In this document: piece after piece, positions 9,618-23,605 of the stretch
Numbering within the stretch: the stretch's first letter is position 1
Layout: each line of letters opens with the position of its first letter
Origin: Polymyxa betae A26-41
Lineage: Eukaryota > Protista > Endomyxa: Phytomyxea
Length of the DNA stretch: 64,000 nt
Direction of reading: 5' to 3'
NCBI GenBank assembly: GCA_003693705.1
Contig: RBZT01000500.1
Span: 62,001 to 126,000 of the forward strand
Notes under the pieces: model-generated
What the model saw: only the letters and a program-made list of their open reading frames with translations
Told to the model about the DNA's origin: nothing
The model's database searches: none
Program-made: the position numbers and the translations under genes

Positions 9618-12600
9618 TCAAAGGAGTCGATTAACCAGGGCGATGGTAAGCATAATCAATGCGACAACAGCCATAGATACAGTGTCAAACACGAATTTCG
9701 GTGCTGCGACCAAATTTCAGATCAAGAGATAGAATCGAAGAAATTGTTACCGAAAATATCCCACACCATTAGATGCCTTCTATTGAACAGGACGTTCAAT
9801 GTAGACAATCCGGCTCTAATCACATGCAAAGCGATAACAGCCATCACAGGCCGCTCAAAAGCGTAGCCTCGTCGCCGGTGATCGGATTTATGAAGCGGGG
9901 AGATTTGTTCCACTGTATAATCCGGACTGACAATTGCCAGCCCCAAGCCACAGATAATAAAGCCTCCAAATGTATTCAAGAGCAGCATGAGACCGGAACG
10001 ATAGTAATCAAACTGTTCAAATCCCACGAAGGCAGCCGATACTTGTAACGAACTGAAACTGTTTGAATGTCCAGTTGCAAAATATAAGCGAATCCCGAGC
10101 AACCAGAAAAAAACGCATTCAGGGATGTCACTATGTACAGTGACATTCAAGCTCCACAGCCTGTAACACCGAAGACAAATTACAGCCATAGTCAGTAGAA
10201 GTACGAATGGTGATTTCGGGCCCAAAAGAAGTAGACATGGTGCCATAATCGACGACATCAATAAAGTGAGACAATGCTGCCGACCGAGGTGCTTTCTACA
10301 GGTCATGGCCAGCATGCCAAGCACAAATGATGCCCCGTAAACTAACTGAGGAAGAAAATGCCAAGATGCATGCTGATCAAGAGTAACCGATGCATCCAGA
10401 TACCAATAAATAGATATTATGAAGAAGCAGACTGATGACCACGCCTTGAAAGTTACCCGCAGGGCACGATGCTTGAGCGACTTCGAATAAAGGTTACTGA
10501 TAATTGCCAGAATAATCAGCGACCCGAAAGTCTCTGCTAACTGCCAGAATAAGAAAAATTCGTCTGCAAGCATTGCGCCTGGCCCGAAATATTTGCCATC
10601 ACCCAAAAGACGAAGGCATGTAGAAGTCGCAAAGCAGCTCAGTGCAATTTGAGGGACATTAGCTGATGGATGGCGTAGATCAAATAGTGCTAAGAGAATA
10701 CAGAATGAGGTAGAGTAGTAATTAATAACAAATGATTCTGTGATGACGATACTATTCGAGAACAGACCCCCATAATAAGGGATGACCATTCCGATAGCAA
10801 TGAGTACAGTTGGGTGTGGAACGCGTAAGTCTCTTCTTGGAAACCAGAATGATGAAATGATGACATGTATCACCAAACCAAGAGAAACAGAAATTAAGAT
10901 GGCGATCATAAAAGAAACCCCAGACAAAAAGCAGATTAACGGAGAGAATGTTGTGATAGATATAAACAGATACTTCATGTATGAGTTTGTGTGGACTATA
11001 GGCTCGAACCTGGATGACAGTCAAAAATAATATGCTCAGTTACAAAACGTGTTTACCCAGCATTCAGGCCGATGCCAACACCGGCCACCAGCAATAGGAT
11101 GACACCATAGATCATGCTTGTTAAATCGAACATTGTCCATTTCTCTCTGCACATAGACTGCGAACGTGACAATACAGCCTCATAGCGATTTGCCAGTTCC
11201 ATGTATGCAGCCTCAGAATGAAACTTTTCGGACTGAAGATCGATAGCTAACTGTATATAATCGTGATCGACAGAAAGGAATTCGGCGGTCAAATGTTGCA
11301 TTAGCTCAGGTTCGAATAGATGAGAAGTAGAAGAATAGTCATGAAGGTATCGCTGAACTTGCCAGGCATTGATTCGTAACGCTCCACAAGCTCGTTTCCA
11401 AGGAGCTGCAGTATTCACAGTAAAGAGTTCAGATATCACAGTCCCTAAGCTGCTATAGGGAATCGAGGAGCCCAAAAGCAACGATAAAGTAGGAACCAAA
11501 TCAACCTATTCAGAGATTATTCAAAAAGCTCCAAGTATTTGCAACCAAACCTGCTTTATATGAGGATGGAAATGTGTTTCGTTGCCAGTCGGGAATATTT
11601 TCTGTTTGCTGTACGCGAACAAGGCCGTCTCTGTTTCTTGCTTTGTCGTACCTCCATGATTGCCTTCTGTAGTCATGCCATGATCACCAAGGACGAACAA
11701 TATCTATAGAGTGACTCAGTAAAAGGTAATGCTCAGATCGCTTGAATAACTCATACAGTGTTCTCGTCGATTGCAGATACTAAATCTTCCAAGACGTCAT
11801 TTAGCTGCCGAAGCTTATCTTTCATCGTCGGATGGTTCGCATAAAACCGATGCCCAACGTGATCCACGCCAAGAAAATGTGCAATCAACAAATCAAACTT
11901 TCCTTCGTCAATTTCAGGGCGAAGATGGGTAATTACGCCATCATCGACCGTGTGTAAGTCCTATGACCCAAATAATTAACTGAAAAAACCGAAGTTCAGA
12001 AGCATCATTTACCTTGACGTTAAAAGACGGATAGGGGAATGCTCGCCGGAATATTTTAGGAAAAAGTTTAATCCAAGTATCGTCGCCCATCATGACTAGA
12101 TCAAGATTATTTCTTGAGAGCTGGAACAGAATGTTGTCTTCAGTAATAGCATTGCTATCGAAATTACTGCTAAAATCGATAAACGTAGGCATTCCACCAG
12201 TGACAAGTCCCTTTAATCGCTGCATTGTTGTGGTTGGAGGATCTAAAACGACGTTAGCAACATCGATGCACCTTTTTTTTTAAAAGACCCGCTTCAAAAA
12301 CGAACAGTTTGCATTGCTCGGGATGCGAATGCTGAAGCTGCTCAAATAGACGAAGATGATTTCTGTAATTGACATTTCCTCTGTTTTCAGGCACATCCGG
12401 ATCAGTGTGCACGAAATCGTATCGCATCGCATCAATAATCACCAACACAGCTTTCTGGAACAGCCTTGGGGTCCAGCAGCCAGCAGCACTGGAATGTGTG
12501 CCTTCCAAAGAAGGCCTTCCTGACTTGACCCATTTGTCAAGAACTAGCTGATACTGCGCCGAGAAGTCATGCCTGCTGGCAAATTCTAATAAACTTCATC

Positions 12601-12871
12601 AACATTCAATAAACGTTGGCTTGAAAAAACTACCCGTCATGAAGGAATAGCTGGCCGGTGGTTGCGAGCACTGGCTATATTTCGGCAATTCAATCCGGGT
12701 GAGCAAAAACCCGGTCATGAAGACGATGATGGCAATGACATTCGCCAAGGTCAGGGCCGCCGTCGTCGACAACGTCGATGATGATGACGACGACTCTCTG
12801 CCCATGACAGCAGCGATTGCCACAATGAGAAAGAGCAGCAATGGAAGCGGGTTGCGTCGTCCCCTCCACAC
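9618..12871 (-). CDS. PIGO: GPI ethanolamine-phosphate transferase 3 (PIG-O/Gpi13)
   Basis: GFLLTRIEL, KAVLVIIDAMRYDF, ADPPTTTMQRLKGLVTGGMPTFID, MGDDTW, HFLGVDHVGH, GDHGM..GNHGG, ATGHSNSFSSLQ, RRHLMVWDIFAPKFVF. Confidence 0.93.
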
Positions 12872-13371
12872 TCGTTCTGAAGACTAATTACACAGACGAT
12901 CGACCCACAAGGGGCACTGTCATCTCGGAAGCTAAACGAGTTTCTGGAACCATGACTGGAAGCCTGAGAGGCTGTTGGGGTACCCCTGGGGTCGCTGTCA
13001 AGCCTGTCATACTCATACATTACTGATTAATTGTATGGCCGCAGATTCAGATAAAATTTGCAGAAAGCACGGTCCATTTCGTAAGTCGGGGTCCATTATA
13101 TGCCAACCGAGTCATACTTGTCACACATATCGAATTGCAGAATGGGTTTGTCTATCGAAAATTGCTGTGCTCTAGGTCACGTTTTATACCAGCTGGGATT
13201 TTTTTGAAAGATGTAGACTGAAAGTGATTGTAATGCAGCATTAATAATAGCGGCCGACCGGAAGTTTCAACTAACATACTCTGGTTGTAGGAGATGGATT
13301 AGAAAGATTCATTATTGTATCAAGATAACAAGAGGCTCAATTAAGTTTTTATCCATTCTTCACGGCTACAA

Positions 13372-16349
13372 TCACTCTCCAGGCCATTTCTCATCAGCTT
13401 GAGGTGGCTCCCCGTTCTTGGCATATAAATCGCGAAGCTGTTGACGGTACTTTTTTAGTAAAAACGGAACGCGAAGCTTAAACGTAGGAGTCATGCATTC
13501 ATTTTGTTCAGAAAACCCGAAACCTGATTGATTGACGTCGTACTCAACAATAATATCTTTAGCCTGAATTTGTGTTAAAAAAGAGAACGTTCATTCTCAA
13601 CGCGATAGATTACTTTTTCGAATCCCTTTAAGGTCTGTTCTTGCTCTGCAAGACCAGCTTGCAGCATTGCCTTCAACTCATCATGATGATCCTGCCACAT
13701 TTGGTGGAATGCTTTGGGATAATCTGGTTGTCCAAATGATGGACCGGAGTACCACCCCTAAAGTATCGGTTAGAGCTTACTGGAATCTGATCGGCACTAT
13801 TGACCTTTTCTTGACCGATCTTGATGAAAGACTCCGAATTTGGTACAACGACTGCGACCACAAACGACTTAAAGCTGTTACCGTAAATCCAGATCTGGCC
13901 CACTAATGGGCACTTGCCATATGTGTTCTCAACGCGTTCAGAGGCAACGTATCTGCGACATCCAAGTTAGAAGGAGTCATTTGACATTATTGAACTTACT
14001 CTCCCTGCGACAATTTGAAAATATTCTTTTTACGGTCGATAACAGAAATCGTACCATTGGGGTTAATCCTGCCAATGTCACCGGTCATAAAGAACCCGTA
14101 TTTATCAAAGGATTCCGCAGTAGCTTTCTCATTCTTGTAATAGCCTGCGGGGGACTTCAATATTTTTCCGGAAAGGCATACAGAGCCATTCACCTTTAAA
14201 AACAGTGGGCCCTCGTACAAGTATTTCACCGCGTGGAAACTCATCAGTAACCTGCGAGAAGAAATTACTCAAGCGGGCAAGATTCGAGCAGAGCGAAACC
14301 TTGTAATTCATTTCAGAAACGGATTTTAGGCGAATTTCAGCAGCCGGAATAGGCGGACCACAGTGCCCAGAATTCATATCACCGGGCAAACTGATCGATA
14401 GGCCAGCAGCTGTTTCCGTCAAACCGTAACCCTACGCAGCGGTCACAACTCAAATTCGCAATCATTGCCTGCTTACCTGAACAACAGCGCATTTGAAAAC
14501 TACCCGCAAGAATTCCATCAGATATGGCGGTAATGGGGCCGCACCCGAAACAATCATGCGACAGTTCTCCAATCCTACTCGAGATGCAATTGGAGAGAAG
14601 ACCTAGGCACAGTGTTATTTCAAGGAACACCAGATTGCGAACAACTGTACCTTCGAATCGTAGAAGTTAGCGCGACGAGACCCATTGCGAAGATTGTCTA
14701 ATTGTGAATTATAGGCATATTTAAAAAGAGATCGTTTGGGGCACCCGGCTTGACCAACACCAGACATAATCTAAGAAACGTATGAGCCGACACAATAGTA
14801 CGATCAGATATCATACAGTCTGATATATTCTTGTAAAAACACGAGGAACACCAGCCAACACAGTAGGCTTCAAAGCTTGCAAATCCTCAGTCATTTTCTT
14901 TATATTGTTTTGCCAAAACCCGACTCGGGCACCTGCGACCATGATCGCAATCTAAGTTAGTCAGAGTCAGCAGTAACGACAAACAGAATTGGGAAATCAA
15001 ACCTGGACGTCGGTTTCAAAAATATGTGCTAGTGGCAGATAAGAGAAATGCAAGTCATTTTCGTAAACTCGAATCTGGCTTTCAACACCAGCGACAGTAG
15101 ACATTACACAGCCATGAGTGATGCAAGCACCCTATAGCAACAACGTTGGACCACATTAAACACAATTTTGTTTTGAAAGAACAGAGCGAAAACATTAGCA
15201 AGATCTACCTTGGGCTGCCCGGTAGTGCCTGATGTGTACATTATATAACCAATGTCGTCGCTTGTTGGAGGAGTCGGTTCATTGTTGACAGACTTTCCTA
15301 TGAGACCATGGAACCCATGACTTGACCGCGAGCGAAAGGATACCTTTTTTAATTAGCTCAGTAAACCCTGTAATCTCGATACCCAACGATTTTGCTTTCG
15401 AGGAATGCTCTTCAGAGATGATTTCTTTAGCATTACCATACTTTTCTATATCAGCGTCAAATTGCACAATTAGTTTCAACTAAAAGCCATTAGATCACAG
15501 CCCGCATCCACATCAATGATAGGACACCTTCGTTTTCTCAGCGATGGCAAGAACTTCGTTCATGTTTTCTCTCGCAACGAATATTGTGCTCAGCTCAGCA
15601 TGATTTAAGATATATTCGACCGCATCAGGTCCTAATGTCGAATCTGGTCATCAATGAGAAAAACAGATATATTGACGAATAAAGCAGCCAACACAATGCA
15701 ATGACACGCATGTTTTGAGAATAAATTCCATATGCTGCAATCATCCACTCGGCTCGGTTTGGAGCGAAAATACCAATGTTGCTTTGTGACTCTAATCCGG
15801 ACGCTACAAGACCAGAACCAACCGCCACCGCCTATGGAATAAGAATATACGAAGACGGACAACAGGTAAACGAACTTGTTCGTAAATTTGCTGAAAGGTC
15901 TGCCATTTGTAGTCGCCTTTGGAAACTTCGTCGAACACTCGAGTGCCGAAGCAATCTTTCGTCGGAAACCGCTGAGCGCTTTTGCTATGAAAGGGATCCG
16001 TTAAAATTTTAGAACACTGGCAAAAAAAGTTTAAGCGAAAATCAATAAGAATCTGGCAATATCAAAGTAATAGAGATTAAAAATGCAGTGATACCTTAAC
16101 GCCTCCCACATCGTACGAACCTCATTATCGGTGCCCTCATTCGGATACCGCATCAAATTATCTTCATAACCAATGCAGCGACGAATTTCCGAGTATTCCT
16201 ACTAAATTCAGCACAGCCGACAATCCGTAATGCTAATTTTCTACAAAGTGATCTGTATCGGGATCTCCGTAACCGATGGCGGTAGACTGCAAGACCTTAT
16301 CATTCTGCAGCGGTGCCTCATAGTCAAAAGCCGATTGCGAGCCTCCCAT
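13372..16349 (-). CDS. Long-chain acyl-CoA synthetase (ACSL/LACS family), many introns
   Basis: [82 protein letters not shown]. Reconstructed N-terminus MGGSQS. Confidence 0.93.
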
Positions 16350-17179
16350 GATTTTTCGAATTCCAAGTCAGACCGGCTGCTGCAAGGCGTCCGATTTCAA
16401 GACCTCGCGTTCAGCCCGATGTGCAAATTAACACGAGATAAAGACGGCAGAGGCAGGGAGAGTCTGCGGGACTGCCGGAGGCTCCGCCTTCGCTTATCAA
16501 TCAACATTCAACCGCCAGCTAGGCAGCTCTACTCATGATTATAGGTTTCCCTCTAATCATCTGCTGAAAATGACGTTGTCTATCATGATTTAGACGACCA
16601 AGTATAAGTTCATATAGTCGGCCTATCTCCTGAACACGTCCATAAGCTCGTTGTGATTGCGCTGCTGATGTTCTGTCTAATTTGTATCACATACAGTATT
16701 TGTCATGAAATCAACCACAGCGAGTAACATAATTATATAACATTTTATATATTTATATATTTATGGTCGCATGCAACATAGTAATCGAGAGTCACAGAGA
16801 AATAAACAGTTTGGCGAGCAGATCGCTCAGTTCGATTGAGGCACGGTTTGGGTCGAACATTTTTACTTGATATCAATGACCTTTTGTAGCTTCCGTTCGC
16901 GTAACTGTTAGCATTAAGTCATAGCTATTAAGTGATCAAACATCGTATTCGTCGCCTGCGTCAATGGTGGCGGTCACAATGTCCGGCGAATCAGGAGAGA
17001 GCCTGGCCCTGTGACTTTCAGATTTCGAGATTGTTTACTTGTACCCAAAAACCTACTGTGATTCTCTCTTTCTCTTCTTTACGTTAACCGCCTCGAGAAG
17101 AGCCACTGAATATCGTGCCTGCCGCAGATTGTGCAGACCGGAGCGTCTGCTCCTGACTCTCACTAGAATCAATGCGCTT

Positions 17180-17960
17180 TAGGTGCTTCAGCTGGGGCCC
17201 GCTGTTCCGGCCTGCCGTGGAGATCGGCGAAGGCGCTCAGCCGACAGTTCAGGAATTTTCGACCGTGCCTCCAAACGGTTTCGTGATGGTGTGAACGACG
17301 ACGAGTTTCGCCAGAGCCCATGAACTCGTGAAATGGAGCACGTCATCAACGAGAAAATGGCTCGGCGGCTCGCCTGGTATCACAAACGAGACCAGCGTGC
17401 TGGAAGGTTGGTTTTTATTATCTTTTCTCAAGTCCAATCTAACATTACCTGCAGGGATCCAGCCGGGATTGCCTGATCAAGGGAATGGCGCTAACTTGTG
17501 TCGATGGCCATGCAGAGCACTTTCGATCCGGACACGTGTCCCCGCTGATCTCCTACTGCCTTCTCGGTAGAACTCTATTGGAGAATTACCAATCGATACT
17601 AACCTGTACTAGAGTATTTAGGGAAGGTTGAGGATGTAACACCTGGATCCGACCTGTTCAAAGTGATGAGGAAGGATGTTTGCAAAGACTTGGAGAACAA
17701 GATCACTGCCCTCAAGGAGCTCAAGTCTCAATGTACCAATTTAAAAAATGCACTTTCTCAAAGGGCAGAGGCATGGTCAGGTGGGAAGGAAGGTATAATT
17801 TATGAAACTTTTCTTGTTGGTATTCTCGATGGAGTCCATCGCTGACAAGGCTCGGCTTCTCTTTCGAAAGCGTTTATCCAGAACCTTTCAAACGACTTTC
17901 GACATGAAGCTTCTCACCGACATCGACGTTAGCGTCGCAACAACATTGAGGTTCCCAGGT
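17180..17960 (+). pseudogene. Probable decayed spliced gene of unknown family
   Basis: GC-rich exon-like blocks with GT..AG boundaries (e.g. ~17408-17453). An in-frame TGA interrupts ...PPNGFVMV*TTTSFARAHELVKWS... No domain recognised. Confidence 0.3.
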
Positions 17961-18199
17961 GTAGCAATTTGCTGAAATATACAAGAGCATACAAGAAGTA
18001 CTAGGTACAAGATTTCCAGCTATGCAGTCACTGCCTATAGATCAGCGTCGCGGACTTCGTGAGGGCATTTGGGTCCTGGACCTTTTCGTTTGCCTGAAGT
18101 CTATTGAGATCGGATCGTAGAGTCGCTGACAATTGCTACTTTTAATCTTGTAAAACTCTGACAAAAAGAGAGGAACTCGTGGTTTGGTTTTGAGGAAAA

Positions 18200-18665
18200 A
18201 ATCAATAATCCGCTGCCACGCTTCGCGATCTTGAGAAAGAGACAGGTATTCCTCGATCCACGCTCCACCTGTTACTCAAGAAGGATACTTGAAAAGTGTA
18301 GCAAGCACTATTAAGCCATTCGCTGACTGAGCGCAACAAGAAAGACAGATTTCGATTTGCACTTGCTTTGCTGGAAGGATCAATCGCATTCAGTCCTCTA
18401 CTTGATGCTGTCCATGTGGACCAAAAAATGGTTTTACCTTTCAAAGATCAGGTCGAAATATTTCTTGCTGGAAAATGAAACTGGACGTATCAGAACTACC
18501 CAAAGCAAACAATTCAAGATAAGGTTTCTTTGCTCGCGACACGACCACAAAGGACCCCAACCGTAAAACCTGGTTTAATGGCAAATTGGTTGTAGGCCTT
18601 GCGTTGAAAAAGTGCTCTCTTTGCAAAAATCGACAAACCGAGCCAAAGGAAAACAAGACGAAGGT
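18200..18665 (+). mobile_element. Degenerate Tc1/mariner transposase fragment, DD39D (plant/oomycete-type) clade
   Basis: Across stops and frameshifts: TLRDLEKETGIPRSTLH..LTERNKKDRFRFAL..DAVHVD(Q)KWFYLSK..YFLLENE..RTTQSKQF..FL..GK/IG..PCVEKV..KSTNRAKG, colinear with the DD39D consensus HTH and HIDEKWFY motifs. No TIRs found. Confidence 0.8.
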
Positions 18666-19719
18666 GTAGTTTTCTCTCCTCAAGAAATTCCCCAAAATTC
18701 CGATCTCAAAGCTATCACAATTTTCCCTTGTGTTACCTATCGAGCCGTAGAACACAACCTATTGCGCTCGAAGAAGCGTCGACTACCTAGTAATCTCGAC
18801 CAGACACGGAGTTTCGTGTCTTTACATCTGGTTGCCAGAAGTCTTTCAAAACGAAGCATTCTTTGAATCGACATTTGAAAACCTGTTATTGTCCTCCGGT
18901 CCCAGCAAATTGACATGCGATTTTTGTGATATTGTTTATTCAAATTCTGATTCTCTTCGGAAGCACGTTTCGTCGCAGCATAGAGCTAAAGTCTTGTTCC
19001 TCTAAAATCTGCAGCTTTCTTTGCTGTTTTTCTTTTCATAACAGAGCTACTTTGCTGATTCACTTGAATGTTGTGCATGAAAACATTTCTAAAAAGATTC
19101 TCTTTCTTCTCTCCGCGTGACGGTTTTCAAAAATTTATTGAGTCTATTGATACTGTAATATATGCAACTTTGTTAACAGAAGGGGTTCTGTTATGCAAAA
19201 AGATTCCGAACTGTTCCTCATCATAATGGGCTTAATTACCATGCATTACGGTGATATCCCTCTTGGAATTACTTATATCTTCAAAAACTATCAGTTATCA
19301 TTCTGTTCGATTGGATCGTTGTCGATTCCTGTTTCTTCCTCTTCCTTTTTGCAGCAGAACGGATTTTAAGGATTTCATTGGGAGAGCGCATCGTGAATGT
19401 CGTCTGGTTCAACTGTTCAAGGTGCCCGCTTAGCTGTTGCAAGATCGGTCGAGTGCAATAAGGTATATTATATATGAATATATTTAAATTATTGTAAAAT
19501 GCATTTCCAACTATCCTCTTTCCTATGACAAGAGCCTCTGAAAACAAGAACATATCGCCAATACCGCATAACAGATAAGCGGTGGCTTCTCGTTTGCATA
19601 ATCACTGGAAAAGCGATGTACATAAGTCGGAGAGAATTTTGATTGCAAAAATACAAGCGAAAACTACCAGTAGGTCCTCACAGTGCCACGGACAAAGAAT
19701 GGCGACCTGGACCGTTGAT

Positions 19720-20300
19720 ATGTAATTGCCCGCCAAAACATTTCTGCGCGGCCACAGACGCCTCTGATTTTGGCATTGCAGCGGTACTCATCGAATACTC
19801 CGCGGAGTATTCAGTATCACTGGTAATCGCCGTTACAACCTGTTTTCAGCGCACTCTGTTCACGCACCGGAACGTAACTATCCGCTTCCAACAAGGAGAT
19901 GCTCGTTGCTTTGAGGCGGTTCCATTATTTCCTTTGGACCGTCGCTTCACTCTCTTTTCTGATCATAGAGCATTATCGTTTCTTTTTTCACAGCAAGATC
20001 CCTCGCTTCTATTGGTTAATTGGATTGATCTTACGATTTCGAAATCATTCGTCGTCCCGGTGTATTAGACGCTCTTCCTGATACGCTGCCTCGTTTATAT
20101 CCGTCTACACCGCAACCAGCCCTAGCATCCGCGCACCAGGCCGACATCGCTTTTCATCAGGATCCTACCGCCGGAGAATCGCCAAGAAGCCATTGAGAAT
20201 GCGCATCTCCATGGGCATTTTGGAGTGAAGGCTGCATTGATACGCCTTCGTCACGATGGTATGGTATGGCCGTCAATGCGTCAGAATGTTGAAGAGCCGC
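19720..20300 (+). mobile_element. Degenerate Ty3/gypsy pol fragment (RNase H plus integrase zinc-binding start)
   Basis: ATDASDFGIAAVL, ERNY, ALRRFHYFL, RRFTLFSDHRALSFL, DFEIIRRPG, IENAHLHGHFGVKA..WPSMRQNVEE, with frameshifts. No LTR seen. Confidence 0.85.
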
Positions 20301-20863
20301 TGTATTCCGCTTCATCCTACGTGCTATGTTTAGTTAGGATCACCTCTATCAGTTGCATCAACAAGGTCATTTCATGTTTCCGATGAATCAGTTAAGGATC
20401 CGCTTCTTTCTTTTCAATTTCCACTACAGCTTTGCATACTGATTCGTGCTTTGTCATAAGCGAGGGATACGAAAATGGAATGTTGCCTGTAGCACATACT
20501 ACTGCCTACTCGTGATGCAGATTTCAAATGTCATTGTATATACTGTATAATTACAACCGTTTAGTAGATTGAATCGCTTAAAATGTTGATTTCAATCATT
20601 ACGGATTGATTAGCTTTGTCGCCATGATGCATCTGGCTGGAAGTCAGAGGTTTCGGTCGGTCTTTATTCTAACTGAAACTAATTGTTGCTCTTTTCATGC
20701 TCCGTGACAAATTCTTTGTCCAATCGGGAAACGAATAGAAAACATCAGTAAAACTGGCAAACTTCGTTCGAAAGTTTCGAGATGTTGCATTGAGAGGGGA
20801 TTGCTGTCTTGTTGTTGTTATTGATACTTCAATACAGTACACGGCGATCGATCGTCGTTCGGA

Positions 20864-22449
20864 ATGCTGAAGAGGCCCCAAAGCAGCCAAGCTGGGCGCC
20901 AATCTGCTCGCGAAGGTCAAATTCGTCGCTTGCAGTTGGAGAATGCCCGGTTGCAAGATGAACTTGCGCTTGAAACCGAGCGGGCTTGCGATCAGTCGTC
21001 GTTGGAGACTCTATCCGAAATCGCTTGCTTGCAAGAAGAGTATGGGAAATGCAAAGCTCGTTTAGCTCGCGATCAAGAATCCATCGCCGAGCTGCAATCC
21101 CGGATCGATCAGATGAGAAAAGAAGTGGCCGATCTGCGGCGACAGGATCAGTCGTCAGCGCCGAAATTATCGCGACAAATCAGAATCTCGGAAAATCGTC
21201 TCGACAAGGCGTTGGTTCGATATAATGAAGCGATTGCATTCAACATCAATCTGCGAGAGTCAATAGAGACATTACGAAGAGAATGGATGGTCTATAATGG
21301 GACTTTCAAAAGGATAGAAAGCGAGCTGAAACAAAAGCGGGAGCAAATGGCTCTCATCACACAGCAGACTGTTCAGGCAAGTAAGGCCAGAAATGCAGCT
21401 CAGGCCAAGCTAGCAGATATCAAGCACCAAACTGATAAAGAGAAGGAGAAGTTCACGAAACTGTCGCAGGAGCTGCATCAAAAGCTGAAAGAGCATCGGC
21501 AGTTTATGGATGATTGTCTGACGGGACGTCCGAACTTATCTTTGATGCCGTCGAGAGCAATCGTTGAAGATGATGAAGAACAAGACCTAAAGAAGAAGGT
21601 CGCAGATTTAGACAGGGAACTGGTCGATAAGGCATCCGTCATATCGTCCGAGACTGAAGCTGTTCAGCAACTAGAGTCTTCTCTGCAGGAGATTCTGGAT
21701 GCAACTGGCATTGCATCTGTTGACGATCTGGTTAGTTGATTGAGTTTCACATTTGCCTTTTTTCCATGTCCGATTGCTATCTGCAGGTGTCGACAATGCA
21801 GATATCAGAGGCCACCAATCAAAGCCTTTACAAGAGCGTCAATGAGATAAGCACGGAGACAATCTTTGAACTTGAACGTGAGCTGGATCGAACAAAGAGG
21901 CGTTCTGCAAGTCTTGCCCAAGAACGAGCATCAGGCCCGGAGACGAGCCGTGCACGTCTTATTGACGAACTCCAATCGGAGCTTAGTGATACTTTGGCAA
22001 ACACCGATTTGGAAGAAGCAAAGCTTCGTCAAATCAGGAGTGAATTGACAGGATTAAAGCCCATTCTGACAGATATTTTGGACAGGTTAGGTATCGAATT
22101 CGATTATCCATTGAACGAGAACCATTTTGCTGAAGCAATGGGTATAATCGAAAACAAGATGTATACAATTATCAGAAGAATGAGAAATCGTGATGAAGAT
22201 ATTGACATTTTTCTGGACAACGATAAACCAGTGACGATATCAATCAGTCATCTGCCGTCTGTCGAATCGCAAGATGAAAAGGATGTAGAGAGCAGCGACG
22301 AAGCGATGACATCCTCATCTTCTCCAGTAGCAATTTCGGATATAAGACGGGCAAGCCTCAAATCGAGAGGTGTTACCAGAGAGGCGAGCGTTCCAAACTT
22401 CGAACGTCTCGTCGAACGTAAATATCCTAGAACCAAGAGCCTAGTATAA
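20864..22449 (+). CDS. Outer dynein arm docking complex subunit (ODA-DC2 / CCDC63 / CCDC114 family); intron ~21731-21786
   Basis: Coiled coil with RQIRISENRLDKALVRYNEAIAFNINLRESIETLRRE; ILDATGIASVDDL; EATNQSLYKSVNE; MGIIENK. Confidence 0.85.
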
Positions 22450-22528
22450 ATATTCATCTACTGCAGCAACAAATATAGAACGTGAAAACATCGCGAATGA
22501 CTGTTGGTTGGTGTATTTGAAACACCCT

Positions 22529-23381
22529 CTATCCTTGTGTTTTGACAGGGCGTGCTCCGAATATAGCAGAGCCTACCCTTACAGAGGTGGATCCATATTC
22601 AATCTGCATACATACTATTAGAGATGCAATAGCACAGATAATTTCGTTTACCGCTTTCTCGAAATCGCCTGACATTCCCATTGATAGCTCCAGATCTTGT
22701 TCAGCAATGCCGATATCCTGAGCGACGGTTTTCCTTAGCTCCCAAAGTGCAGAAAAACAATTCGTATTATCAGCTTCTCCGATAGTCATCAGCCCTTTAA
22801 ACTTGAGGTTCGGGCATTTAGACACGATATGAAGAGCGAGCTGTGAGACATGTCCAGGTTCACAGCCCGATTTAGCTAACGGCCAGTTTTAGCCTGAATA
22901 ATCATGGCCACATAGTCGACTTACAGTCTTCATTTGAGGTTTTTACTTGAATGAAAGCATCGACAGTGCGATCACAATCGTTCAGCAGACGCTGTAGAAG
23001 ATCAGCAAGTGCCTCGCTATCTACCGTTTCTATAGTAGCTAAATTCTTGCACGACAGCAGCTTCTTGGCTTTATTTTTTTGAATATGCCCGATAAAGCGC
23101 CATTTGATATCATCAGGCAATAAACTCGCTTTTTCGATCAGCTCGACGATGTAATTTTCGCCAAACTCGCGCTAGTAACAGAGGCAGATAAATCGAACGC
23201 GAAAACCAGAACGCTGAAAAAGCTTTACCTGACCAGCGTCATATGCCTCGCGGATAGCTGACACAGGCTGGGTTTTGGAAACAGCCACCAAGCGAATCGG
23301 ATGAGCCGGTCGTCTGGGCGACGCAACCGCGGCCGTGGCGATTCGATGTAGCACATTCCTTAGCGAGTCGGCGGCGCTCAT
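22529..23381 (-). CDS. PLPBP: Pyridoxal phosphate homeostasis protein (YggS/PROSC)
   Basis: RLVAVSKTQP, FGENY, WRFIGHIQKNK, GLMTIG, ELSMGMSGDF, GSTSVRVGSAIFGAR. Confidence 0.95.
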
Positions 23382-23439
23382 TGCCTCGCGCAGTTGCATT
23401 CACAATAGATACAGCCATGTTATTGATGTCATTACAATG

Positions 23440-23605
23440 AAGCCATTTCATCATCCATTGTCTATCATATTGGCAAATGACCAAAGACACACTTTCAAGG
23501 TTCAGTCAGACACTCTGAGGTAACGTAAGCCATTTTATCATCCATTGTCTGTCATATTGGCAAATGACCAAAAACGCTCTCATCAAGGTTCACTCTAAGG
23601 TAACG
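23440..23605. repeat. Imperfect ~87-bp tandem duplication in the PLPBP/DSP divergent promoter
   Basis: aagccattt-atcatccattgtct-tcatattggcaaatgaccaaa...tcaaggttca...ctct-aggtaacg starts at 23440 and 23527. Confidence 0.9.

Noticed and set aside
23440-23605. CRISPR-like array in this or the other short repeats
   Set aside because: Only two adjacent copies, no unique spacers, no cas genes, eukaryotic context.
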